From positions 1-25,029 of IMG/VR virus record IMGVR_UViG_3300020194_000043: a DNA stretch of 25,029 nt, one strand, 5' to 3'. The DNA is from a virus. Its lineage: Duplodnaviria; Caudoviricetes. Below, piece after piece: positions 8,215-16,660 of this stretch. The notes beneath the pieces are model-generated. The model did no database searches and was not told the origin of the DNA. It was given only the letters and a program-made list of their open reading frames with translations. Made by a program: the position numbers and the translations under genes. How positions within the stretch are numbered: the first letter of the stretch is position 1; every line of letters starts with the position of its first letter.

Positions 8215-10607
8215 TAGGTTATTACTCTTGTTGAAAGAACAGAGAATATACCCTCCCACTCTGCCGATAGAAAATTACAAGGAACGTAACTATCGGAAGT
8301 TATAAATATAACTGAGTCTTCGTTTTTACATTGAATTGGAAACTTAAAAGTACCACTTTCCAAATTTGGTTGACCTAGTGTAAATCCACTTGATCCTAAT
8401 ACTTGTCCCGTAAACTTATAAGTAGAAGATGACCTAGCTAAAGGTGTCATTACTACTTCGAAAAATCCTGTATCTCCATAAACAACACTCATGTTTTTTA
8501 ACTGTAATCTGCCGCTATTAACAGTTGTAGAACTACCAGAAGATTTTTGTTCACGAACATAGAAAGTTGGAAAGGTATATTTAAAAGTATACTTCCTACC
8601 GACTATACAAGTGTTTGCTGAGTAATCTCCATCAACTACTACTGTTGAATTTGTAGTGCTAACTATAGGAATATTTCTACCTTTTTGAGTAGATCCCCAA
8701 GCTCCACCTAGTACAACCTCCATTGTGTTTGTATCTTCATAAGGTAAAGTAAAAGTAGTTTTATCAGTACCACTACTATAGCTACCTGTTAATACAACTT
8801 TACGATCTAATAAAACTGTAAAAGGTAAATTAGTATCTACCTCATTAGTCTTTAAATTCATTTTCTCTAAATAAGTACCGTCAGCTCTTTTAACTACGAT
8901 GTATAAAAAGTTTTGAATACAATCACCATCTAAGAGTACATCTGCTGTAGAGAAAATATATTTAGATCCAGATCTTTGTAAGGCTTTTTTAGATTCATCA
9001 AAATAGTATTTATAAACAAATAAAGAGTTTCTTTCTCCAGATGAAAATCCAAACACAGTATTCTCACTAGAAGAACCTTTCAATCCTGTAATACTTCCTG
9101 AAATGTATCTTGGTAAGTTAACTGTTATATCTAAAGCATCTTTAATTTCAGTATCAGTATTAACATAGTATTCTCTAACACCTGCAAAGCTACCTCTAGA
9201 AATACCAAAGTAAATGTTTTGACCTACTCCTAACGGCTTACAACTATCATCAATTTCATATTCAGTTGTTTGATTAATTGAGACTGTTTTAGCAGACAAT
9301 ACTTCTTCTGCATCAAGTGTAAATTGTGTTTGATCTGAAAATAAAACAAGCTGTTCATTAAAAGGTACAGCATACTTTAGTATAGAAACTTTATTATGAC
9401 TAACCGCTAAATCAATCATATCATCATCTACTGATGTAGTTACTGTTGTAGCCCAAAAGGTAAAGAACTTACCTGCTTTAGAAAATATTACATTTTCATC
9501 AGATAAAAAACCTAATCTATTTCTATAAAAGAAAATATCATTAATCTTTCTTCCTATAAATGTAGGATCTGGACTTGTTGTTTCATCACCAACTGTTCGG
9601 CTTGCAAAGCTCGGCTCCTCGTAATCTGTACCACTAACCGTGTAAGTTGAACCGTCAGCTTTGCAAAATCTAAAATTCCCGTCTGCCGTTCTTATTAAAA
9701 GATGAGGCATAGTAGAGGCATCAAATGAGTTGTCTAAACCGTCTTTAACAGTTTCAACCCAAGCATTGCCGTCCCAATAAACAAAATAATTATCATACTC
9801 AGTACCACCATCTCCTACAATTTCTGTTACAAAACCTGTAACACCTTTGTATGGTAAGTCGGCAAATGAGTTAGTCTTATCTTTAACCATAATAAGACCA
9901 TCGCCACCTATACCGTCTGATACAGAAGCTGTAAATGTACCAGAAGTTTTTGATACATGAATAATAGAGCCATCTCTTGTTACAGAGTAGCCACTTAAAT
10001 TACTGTTTAAGTCGTTATATAATTCTGTTGCTATGTTATCTGTTGTAATAGAACTAGAATTACCAGAGCTAGAATTATCTAAAGTTTGATAACTAGCTAC
10101 TGATGATCCGTCTATTATTATTTCGTAAGTAGTTTTATACTGTCCATTTTTAACATAAAAGATGGCTTCATCTGGTCTGGCTGTAGCAGTAGATCCAGAC
10201 TTAGCTGTAACTTTTGTTTTGTTAACAATAAAAGTGTAATCAGCAACAGTAACTAAATTAAAATCATCTTGTGGTGCTGATGATGTTAAGTAAGAAACTC
10301 CATCTGGCACAACAACAGTTTTAGCATTACCTACTAAGTCGTATACTTTAATACTTTGGTTGTTTACTAAGACAACGTATTGTTCTGCACTATCTCTATT
10401 AATAATATGTACTTTACTATTTGTTAAAGTATCAGTATTTAATTTTGCAATATGTTCTGTAGGTGGTCGTTTACCTAAACCAGAAATAATATCTGATAAA
10501 CCATTTTCTTGAACACTAGCTTGATTAGGTAGTTTAACTGTATCTGGTTGCTGAGAAACCCCATTCAATAAATTTGGAATTGAATTGGAAATTAATCTGG
10601 CTGGCAT
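8214..10607 (-). CDS. gp12: Tail tubular protein B (nozzle)
   Basis: 797 aa; SIPNLLNGVSQQPD, GLGKRPPT, TVADYTFIVNK, TMPHLLIR, FFYRNRLGFLS motifs. Confidence 0.96.
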   Translation of the reverse strand: MPARLISNSIPNLLNGVSQQPDTVKLPNQASVQENGLSDIISGLGKRPPTEHIAKLNTDTLTNSKVHIINRDSAEQYVVLVNNQSIKVYDLVGNAKTVVVPDGVSYLTSSAPQDDFNLVTVADYTFIVNKTKVTAKSGSTATARPDEAIFYVKNGQYKTTYEIIIDGSSVASYQTLDNSSSGNSSSITTDNIATELYNDLNSNLSGYSVTRDGSIIHVSKTSGTFTASVSDGIGGDGLIMVKDKTNSFADLPYKGVTGFVTEIVGDGGTEYDNYFVYWDGNAWVETVKDGLDNSFDASTMPHLLIRTADGNFRFCKADGSTYTVSGTDYEEPSFASRTVGDETTSPDPTFIGRKINDIFFYRNRLGFLSDENVIFSKAGKFFTFWATTVTTSVDDDMIDLAVSHNKVSILKYAVPFNEQLVLFSDQTQFTLDAEEVLSAKTVSINQTTEYEIDDSCKPLGVGQNIYFGISRGSFAGVREYYVNTDTEIKDALDITVNLPRYISGSITGLKGSSSENTVFGFSSGERNSLFVYKYYFDESKKALQRSGSKYIFSTADVLLDGDCIQNFLYIVVKRADGTYLEKMNLKTNEVDTNLPFTVLLDRKVVLTGSYSSGTDKTTFTLPYEDTNTMEVVLGGAWGSTQKGRNIPIVSTTNSTVVVDGDYSANTCIVGRKYTFKYTFPTFYVREQKSSGSSTTVNSGRLQLKNMSVVYGDTGFFEVVMTPLARSSSTYKFTGQVLGSSGFTLGQPNLESGTFKFPIQCKNEDSVIFITSDSYVPCNFLSAEWEGIFSVLSTRVIT

Positions 10608-11218
10608 TATTCATCAGTAATTGTTGATTTCATCGGTTGATAATTATCTCTATCTAAAACTCTAAATGTACTGTAGTTATCAAAAATACTATGATCTCTA
10701 GTATCTCCTTCATGTTCTTTTAATGCAGATAAAGCTTGAAGTTCATCAACTTGATGAAATCTATGTAAAGTTTCAGAGGCTAACATTCTATCTTGAAATA
10801 TTCTTGTTGCTCTAATTGTAATATATCTTCTTGCTGTTTCTGGTAATTCAATAAATTCTAACAACCAAGTTATATTTACTTTCATATCCTTAGTAAGAAC
10901 ATAAGTATGATTTTCTCTATCCCAAAGTTTTCTTGCTCTTTCAACTAAATCTAAGTTAGCATCACTATTAGAAGTATCTACTCTTAGACAGTTTGAAGGT
11001 AACTCAATTTGATTAGCTGTATTTCTTGCAAGTGTATAATTAGTATCTGTATTAAAATGCCAACCTACACTTTGTACTTCTCTTGAAACATTATCTAAAA
11101 TTTGTATTGCAATAGAAACGTCTGTTGTAGTTGAAGATGTAATTGTGTTAACAGGACTTTCTCCTATCGCCGTCATCATTACATTGATGCTTTCTAATTT
11201 ACTACTTACTGTTGTCAT
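10607..11218 (-). CDS. gp11: Tail tubular protein A (gatekeeper/adaptor)
   Basis: 203 aa; LESINVMMTAIGESPV, VQSVGWHFN, LPETARRYITIRATRIFQ motifs. Confidence 0.96.
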   Translation of the reverse strand: MTTVSSKLESINVMMTAIGESPVNTITSSTTTDVSIAIQILDNVSREVQSVGWHFNTDTNYTLARNTANQIELPSNCLRVDTSNSDANLDLVERARKLWDRENHTYVLTKDMKVNITWLLEFIELPETARRYITIRATRIFQDRMLASETLHRFHQVDELQALSALKEHEGDTRDHSIFDNYSTFRVLDRDNYQPMKSTITDE

Positions 11219-11234
11219 ATTTAAATTTTGTTAG

Positions 11235-11268
11235 CACAGGGCGAGCTGTTTTATGAACTCGCCCCATG
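11235..11268 (-). terminator. GC-rich hairpin after the capsid gene (T-phi position); weak terminator or RNA stabilising/processing stem
   Basis: CAUGGGGCGAGUU-CAUAAAAC-AGCUCGCCCUGUG, 13 bp with G-U pairs; no U-tract follows. Confidence 0.55.
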
Positions 11269-11286
11269 AATAAAAGCGTAAATTAA

Positions 11287-12228
11287 TTACGCAGTTTTGA
11301 TTTCAATTGCACAAATTGGATTAAGTACACCATGACCCATAGCGTATTTAGCTACCATCAAAGTTCCTTGTCTCTGAATTTGGTAGTCCATCTCGGTGCT
11401 CAAATCGAGTAATTTCACTGTTCCAACTGCATTTTTCTGCCAAACACAACCAACTGTAGTTGAGAAGTCCCCTGCAAAATTTGTAGAAGAACCCTGAGCA
11501 ACGCCAGAAGTTACGTTTGTAGAAGGTATGTTGTTAGACATAATTATATTAATGCCTGCAACTTTTAAAACTTTACCTTCTGAGTAAGAACCGTTTCCGC
11601 CCCAATCTCTGTTTATAACAGTAGTACCTTGAATCAGATTGTAGTAAGCCGCAGGTGAAACTGCTGCATATCTATCTTCCGCAGGTACATCTAAAGCGTC
11701 TAACTTTTCAGCCGCAGCAAAAATACTCGCCGCCGCAGATGCCGCATTAGTGTTAAAGTCAGCATCAGTAATAGATTGGCCAGCCGCTTGAGGCGATGCC
11801 GCACTTGCTCTTGATGCTAAGATTAGGTTTTGGTAAACGTGTTTATCCATTTGGCTCGCTAAAGCTCTACCCATTTCTTTTGTGTAGATTGATCTAACAT
11901 CGAAATGATTCATAGCTTCATCGATTTTCGAAATGAAAACTGGAGCGATAAGTAGATTCTCAATAGAGATTGTTCTCTCATTGTGAGTTACAGATCCGCC
12001 AGTGATTTCGTTTCCTGCCGTATGATACGCCGCCGTAGTCACTTTTCCAACGATTGGAAACTGTGCCGACTTGCCCGAACCAATTGTCCGAACCATGTGT
12101 TTGTCTAGGGTAGTGTTTGCAGTTTCGAAGGCTGTAATTACTTCTCCACTAAAAACCTTGAGGAAGCTAGCTGTTGTAGAGCCAGATCCTGCATTTTGCC
12201 CAATGTTTGATACAGTATAATTTGACAT
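11287..12228 (-). CDS. gp10: Major capsid protein
   Basis: 313 aa; FLKVFSGEVITAF, RTIGSGKSAQFP, YTKEMGRALA, AKYAMGHGVLNP motifs; strong SD AAGGAG. Confidence 0.98.
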   Translation of the reverse strand: MSNYTVSNIGQNAGSGSTTASFLKVFSGEVITAFETANTTLDKHMVRTIGSGKSAQFPIVGKVTTAAYHTAGNEITGGSVTHNERTISIENLLIAPVFISKIDEAMNHFDVRSIYTKEMGRALASQMDKHVYQNLILASRASAASPQAAGQSITDADFNTNAASAAASIFAAAEKLDALDVPAEDRYAAVSPAAYYNLIQGTTVINRDWGGNGSYSEGKVLKVAGINIIMSNNIPSTNVTSGVAQGSSTNFAGDFSTTVGCVWQKNAVGTVKLLDLSTEMDYQIQRQGTLMVAKYAMGHGVLNPICAIEIKTA

Positions 12229-12283
12229 TATATATATATCTCCTTTTGTTTAGGTTTTTGCTAATAGAGCTAGTTAATTTCAG

Positions 12284-12357
12284 TGTCGGAATTGTCCAAC
12301 CTCAGTCGGGTTTCGTCTTACTTTTAATCTGCTATTCAAGGACTAGCAATTTGTCCA
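12284..12357 (-). promoter_or_regulatory. Putative structured leader of capsid mRNA (possible pseudoknot plus alternative hairpins)
   Basis: Within a 139-nt spacer: GGAC/GUCC and UGCUA/UAGCA interleaved; CCGAC-UGAG-GUUGG versus GUUGGA-CAAU-UCCGAC. Confidence 0.45.
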
Positions 12358-12367
12358 TAGAATTTTA

Positions 12368-13120
12368 TTAAATAACTTTTGATCTAGCTAACTTGTCTGC
12401 TACCATTTTTCTAAATGCACTATCGGTAGCATACTGAGGACTAGCCATATCTGCTTTCATTTGGCCTATACTTTCGTATGTAGCTCCAGAGTTTGGTACA
12501 GATGTTTCTCCAGTTGTTAACATAGGTTCTTTACTTTCAGATGAGAAACGAGCATACATACCTTTAATAGTAAACAATGCAGTTTCATTATCTTTACTTA
12601 TGTTATCATTAAATTGTTTAACTTCTGATTCAGAAAGATTATTACTTACCCAATCAGTCATTCTTTTATAATTTTCTTCTCCACCTGCACTTTCATAAGC
12701 TTGGGTTTCAAATTGTTTTGCTACAGCGTCTAAGCCTGCAATATAATTATCAATGTATGATTTAGGTAAACCTGCTTTTTCTAATCCAGAAATAGTTTCT
12801 TCACTTAACTCACCATTATCTTCAAACTCTCTTTGAGCAGAAGTAAAATCAAAATTAATTTGTGTGTCAGTTTTTGATTCTTCTTTAGGAGCTTCTTCTT
12901 GAGGTTTACTCTCTCCTAATTTCTTTTCTAATTCTTGGTAAGATTTAACTAAATCTTCTTGTGTTTTAAATTTACCAAGTATTGGTTTTGATTCAACAGC
13001 TTCTGGTGCTTGTTCAACTTCAACTGTATTGTTTGCATCTACTTTAGCTTCCATAGCATCTCTATGCTCTTGAGTTTCTTGTACTCCTTCTTCGGCAGGT
13101 ACGTCAATTTTATCGACCAT
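12368..13120 (-). CDS. gp9: Capsid assembly scaffolding protein
   Basis: 250 aa acidic; LGKFKTQEDLVKSYQELEKKLG, AGGEENYKRMTDW, MASPQYATDSAFRKMV motifs; between portal and capsid. Confidence 0.93.
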   Translation of the reverse strand: MVDKIDVPAEEGVQETQEHRDAMEAKVDANNTVEVEQAPEAVESKPILGKFKTQEDLVKSYQELEKKLGESKPQEEAPKEESKTDTQINFDFTSAQREFEDNGELSEETISGLEKAGLPKSYIDNYIAGLDAVAKQFETQAYESAGGEENYKRMTDWVSNNLSESEVKQFNDNISKDNETALFTIKGMYARFSSESKEPMLTTGETSVPNSGATYESIGQMKADMASPQYATDSAFRKMVADKLARSKVI

Positions 13121-14685
13121 TAGTTCTCCTTATTATTATTTTCTTCCCTATCTTGTTTAACGCTATCCCTGACCATACCCATGCCCTCTTTTACAGCGAC
13201 AGGGGAATTTTGTTGCATCATCATTTGTTCTTGCATTGCTTGTTGTTCTTGTGCAATTTGCTCTTGTGATTTAATTAAGCCATTCATCTCTACTCCTAAA
13301 GATGTACCAACTCTTTTTACATATTCTTCTAAATTTAAATAAGTCATTAACTGGTCTGCAAATGGTTGTAGTTGATTAACAAATGTATTTAATCTTTGTA
13401 AATCACTAGATCTACCTAATGCTTCAAGTCCTGTAACAATTTTAGGACGTATACTGTCTTTAGGTAAAGGAGGTAAAGCTTTTTTCTTTTCCATTTGATG
13501 AGTTAATCTATTAATTAAAGGTAATTGTAACTCTTGAGATAACAAAGAATACAAACCACCTAAACTATCATCAAGTTCTTTTGATACATAATTAATTTCT
13601 GTAGCAGTAACTCTGTCATTATTTCTTTGAACAGACGCATTTAACATAAATGCAAATTGTAATCTTTCTTCAATTATTTTTATTGTTTGAAATGAAACAG
13701 TAAAGTCAGCACTCTTGTTAACCTGAAGTGTAGTTACATCTTCTGCATTACCTTCTCTAATTGCACCGTTAGGACTTTCAGATAAAGTTTTTAATCTTGT
13801 ACTTCCATTTGGTTTTACTAAAAATAAAACTTTACTTGAAGCCGCAGATCCTTCTACAATTGCTCTATATAAAGCTTCTAAACTACGAAGATCACCGATA
13901 TACTCCTCAATAAATCCTCTACCGTAATCAGCATTGTCAATTGATGTATATCTTAATGGTATAAAAGCGTTTTTATCTAAAGGATAACTACCTATAGATG
14001 ATGGTATAGTTTTTTCATTTATCTCTTGATGTACTTCCCATTTTTTACCATTAGCTGATCTTTTAACACAAGTGTAAATTTCACAAGTGTTTTCATAACC
14101 GTCTTTATCTTTGTCGCCATCTATTAATTCTTTTTGTTCTTCTGTTAAAGAGCTAGGTGAAACCATATCTTTTGTAATAATCTCTAAAATACTACCTACA
14201 CCGTCTCTCTTAACGACAAATCTATCCAAGTGATAAACCTTCATTTTAAATTCAGGAGTAATATAAAGTAGTACATTACCGCAAATTAAAAGATGTTTTA
14301 AAGCTTCAAATAAAGCATTTCTAAAGTTATTAACTTCCATCTCATTCATAACAACTCGTTCGATTGAACCCATTGCTTTTTCAAACTCACCTTTCATATC
14401 ATCTCGACCAGACAACTCAGACAAAGTAAACTCGTCAAGTGTTAGTCTAAAGAAAGGTTGATTAGGGGGAAGTAAAGCTAGAAGTAGCTTTGAAGATAGA
14501 TTGTTTACACCTCTTGCACCAATTCCTTGATATGGTGTATATAAAGTAGTATGGCCTGTGTGGTGTTCTCTAGGCATTATTGAGGGAATAGTAAACTCAC
14601 TTGCGTCTCTTGCTCTATCAAGGTAAGGATCTCTTATTGCCTCTAATGTATTATATCTAGATTTTGCTGTCGTATAATTTGCCAT
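13120..14685 (-). CDS. gp8: Portal (head-tail connector) protein
   Basis: 521 aa; YQGIGARGVNNLSSKLLLALLPP, YGRGFIEEYIGDL, RVTATEI, LGGLYSLLSQELQLPL motifs. Confidence 0.98.
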   Translation of the reverse strand: MANYTTAKSRYNTLEAIRDPYLDRARDASEFTIPSIMPREHHTGHTTLYTPYQGIGARGVNNLSSKLLLALLPPNQPFFRLTLDEFTLSELSGRDDMKGEFEKAMGSIERVVMNEMEVNNFRNALFEALKHLLICGNVLLYITPEFKMKVYHLDRFVVKRDGVGSILEIITKDMVSPSSLTEEQKELIDGDKDKDGYENTCEIYTCVKRSANGKKWEVHQEINEKTIPSSIGSYPLDKNAFIPLRYTSIDNADYGRGFIEEYIGDLRSLEALYRAIVEGSAASSKVLFLVKPNGSTRLKTLSESPNGAIREGNAEDVTTLQVNKSADFTVSFQTIKIIEERLQFAFMLNASVQRNNDRVTATEINYVSKELDDSLGGLYSLLSQELQLPLINRLTHQMEKKKALPPLPKDSIRPKIVTGLEALGRSSDLQRLNTFVNQLQPFADQLMTYLNLEEYVKRVGTSLGVEMNGLIKSQEQIAQEQQAMQEQMMMQQNSPVAVKEGMGMVRDSVKQDREENNNKEN

Positions 14686-14691
14686 GATCTA

Positions 14692-14922
14692 TTAAGGTAT
14701 ATTTGCTCCAGATCCACTTGATCCAACGCCTATTTGTAAAGGTATTCTTAAAGCTGATTTACCTCTTTTCTTAGAGTAACTTACATTACTTGATGTATTT
14801 ACTTGAGGTGCTTTAGGTGCCTTTTCTCTTAATCTTGTATTACTTGCATTTACCTCTGATGCGGGCATTGCAGGTGGTGGCGGTGGAGGAGGTGGTGGTT
14901 TAGGTCTTGAAAATCCACACAT
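14692..14922 (-). CDS. Small virion protein, T7 gp6.7-like
   Basis: 76 aa, MCGFSRPK start, polyproline, KRGKSALRI; immediately upstream of portal. Confidence 0.7.
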   Translation of the reverse strand: MCGFSRPKPPPPPPPPPAMPASEVNASNTRLREKAPKAPQVNTSSNVSYSKKRGKSALRIPLQIGVGSSGSGANIP

Positions 14923-15111
14923 TTATTTAATATCTCCTACTATTATTTCTTTTAATATATTTTCATCTTTGTCAGATAAAAGCTGTTTTAGATGTAAAAC
15001 AACACTACTTTGACCTGCCTTAAACCATACTTGTCTTTCAGTATCTTTTAAATCAGGTGATTTATCAGGGAATTGTTTGTCTAAATAATCTAGTAACTCT
15101 TGATTAATCAT
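14923..15111 (-). CDS. Conserved hypothetical protein, gp6.5-like
   Basis: 62 aa from ATG 15111, ELLDYLDKQFP...ERQVWFKAGQSSVV; first gene after the late promoter. Confidence 0.7.
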   Translation of the reverse strand: MINQELLDYLDKQFPDKSPDLKDTERQVWFKAGQSSVVLHLKQLLSDKDENILKEIIVGDIK

Positions 15112-15119
15112 AAGTTGTT

Positions 15120-15139
15120 TCCAAGAGTGCAACTATTTA
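15120..15139 (-). promoter_or_regulatory. Phage RNAP promoter (late, phi6.5 position)
   Basis: TAAATAGTTGCACTCTT^GGA aligns gap-free with T7 TAATACGACTCACTATA^GGG; 17-bp exact repeat of 22436-22452. Confidence 0.75.
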
Positions 15140-15456
15140 GCTTTAATTTTTAGGGGAATAGGTACTATTGTTAGTACATTTTTGGTAGGTATGACCATAG
15201 TATTACCACCGTCAGCGATAACAAATTTGCCATTTTTTATGTCAGTTGTAAAATCTGACGCTAATATAAAAGAGCTTTCATTCTTTTCAACAAGAAATCC
15301 AACACTTAAACATATTGTAGGTAACATCTGTTGTATTGTGGAAATTTCATTCCAAGATGAATCAGAGTTTGCGTCTTCCCAAAGACAAAGTACAAACTTA
15401 TACTTCGGTGGGTTTGTCGACAACCACTGTAGTAGTTGTTTTAGTAACTTCTTCAT
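15133..15456 (-). CDS. Conserved phage hypothetical protein
   Basis: 107 aa, SD GAGG; WEDA..DSSW...CLSVGFL...ILASD...IP pattern recalled from other phage proteins; function unknown. Confidence 0.75.
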   Translation of the reverse strand: MKKLLKQLLQWLSTNPPKYKFVLCLWEDANSDSSWNEISTIQQMLPTICLSVGFLVEKNESSFILASDFTTDIKNGKFVIADGGNTMVIPTKNVLTIVPIPLKIKAK

Positions 15457-15679
15457 TCTTATTTTCCTCTTTTTCAGTTGGGTTTTCTGGTGTAGGATCT
15501 AAAGGTATTTCTTCTAATGTAGATCTTTGATTGCTTTCTCCTACTATCTTATAAGTAGCATTAACAGTTGGTGGAAATTGATTTTCTGTATCAGGTGTTC
15601 TTGCATAAAACACATCTTCATAAAGTATATCTGCATTTATCCATGTTTTCTTTTTCCATTTTTTAACAACACTACTCAT
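15398..15679 (-). CDS. Hypothetical protein
   Basis: 93 aa, SD AAGGAG, ATGA-coupled to the DUF3310 gene; acidic low-complexity C-terminus overlaps the next gene by 59 nt. Confidence 0.65.
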   Translation of the reverse strand: MSSVVKKWKKKTWINADILYEDVFYARTPDTENQFPPTVNATYKIVGESNQRSTLEEIPLDPTPENPTEKEENKNEEVTKTTTTVVVDKPTEV

Positions 15680-15921
15680 TTCTTTAACTCCTTTATCTTT
15701 TCAATTTCTAATTCACAGTAATGAATTATTTTTTGTAAATCTTGTATTTCTGTTCCTTTGTATAAATAACGACAAACATACTTAACAATACAGCCTTGAA
15801 AAAATGATAAACCATTTTTAGAAATAAATTCATAAGGTTGTATAATAAACTTTTGATAATGTGAGCCTCCTACTTGTCTATCTTTAGGAAAAGCTTCATC
15901 AAACATTTTTTTATTTGGCAT
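15676..15921 (-). CDS. DUF3310 protein, T7 gp1.7-like nucleotide kinase
   Basis: QVGGSHY...QPYEFI...FFQGCIVKYVCRY..K...QDLQKIIHY; ATG 15921 preferred (GGAG upstream), GTG 15927 possible. Confidence 0.88.
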   Translation of the reverse strand: MPNKKMFDEAFPKDRQVGGSHYQKFIIQPYEFISKNGLSFFQGCIVKYVCRYLYKGTEIQDLQKIIHYCELEIEKIKELKK

Positions 15922-16660
15922 TACCACTCCATAGTTTAGGTTCTTTCTTTTTAAAATCGTAATCAGTATTTCTTAAAATACGAGCTACACGAGCTTGTGT
16001 TAAAGCATCTTCTTCTGTTAAACCTTGTTCTACAAAACAAGACTTAACGACTTTCCATAAGTTCTTTTTCTTTAAGAATGTTTTTTTAGTTTTAACATCT
16101 CCGTAAGTTGGTGCTCCTTTATAATTATCTACAGGATCTCCAACTAATATTTGATAATAAAAATTATAATCAGCTTGTTTTTGTGTAACACCGTAAAACT
16201 CTTTTAGTTTAGGATTGTAATGTAATCCTGCTATTTGATTTAAGTCTTTATCAATACTACAAATAATCTTATTACCTTTAATAACATCTGCTGTTCCTAA
16301 TATTCCAAGTATATCATCAGCCTCAAGTTTAGGTCTAATATAACCGTTAAACTTCTTATAAATATAATCTCTACAAAACTTTAAAGTAATAGGCTTTCTT
16401 TGTTTAGTTCTGTTTAATTTATAATCTGGAAATATCTCTTTTCTAAAATTATCTTTATCACTCAATGCTGATATATACTCTTTACATTGAGTATCGTGTA
16501 TTAAAGTTTGGTAAGCGTCTTCAATTTTTCTAATACAATCTTTTTCATCAGAATGTAATGTCCATATAGCTTCATCATCATCACCCCATCTAATAGGTTC
16601 TTCGCTTGAGAACGCAACTTGATAAGCAATAACATCAGCGTCTATTAATAGTGTGCTCAT
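15911..16660 (-). CDS. gp6: 5'-3' exonuclease
   Basis: 249 aa; LLIDAD, NFRKEIFPDYKLNR, LEADDILGI, SIDKDL, GDPVDNYKG, QARVARILR motifs. Confidence 0.95.
   Translation of the reverse strand: MSTLLIDADVIAYQVAFSSEEPIRWGDDDEAIWTLHSDEKDCIRKIEDAYQTLIHDTQCKEYISALSDKDNFRKEIFPDYKLNRTKQRKPITLKFCRDYIYKKFNGYIRPKLEADDILGILGTADVIKGNKIICSIDKDLNQIAGLHYNPKLKEFYGVTQKQADYNFYYQILVGDPVDNYKGAPTYGDVKTKKTFLKKKNLWKVVKSCFVEQGLTEEDALTQARVARILRNTDYDFKKKEPKLWSGNAK

Noticed and set aside
11287-11320. T7 10A/10B-type capsid frameshift extension
   Set aside because: No slippery heptamer at the capsid 3' end and only 68 nt before gp11.
12270-12320. Hammerhead ribozyme (CUGA and GAAAC words in the capsid leader)
   Set aside because: CUGAGGU and CUGAAAU do not fit CUGANGA, and the three required stems cannot be built.
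12329-12357. SAM-II/SAM-V or preQ1 riboswitch
   Set aside because: Pseudoknot-like topology only; the ligand-binding consensus nucleotides as I recall them are absent and the downstream gene is a capsid.
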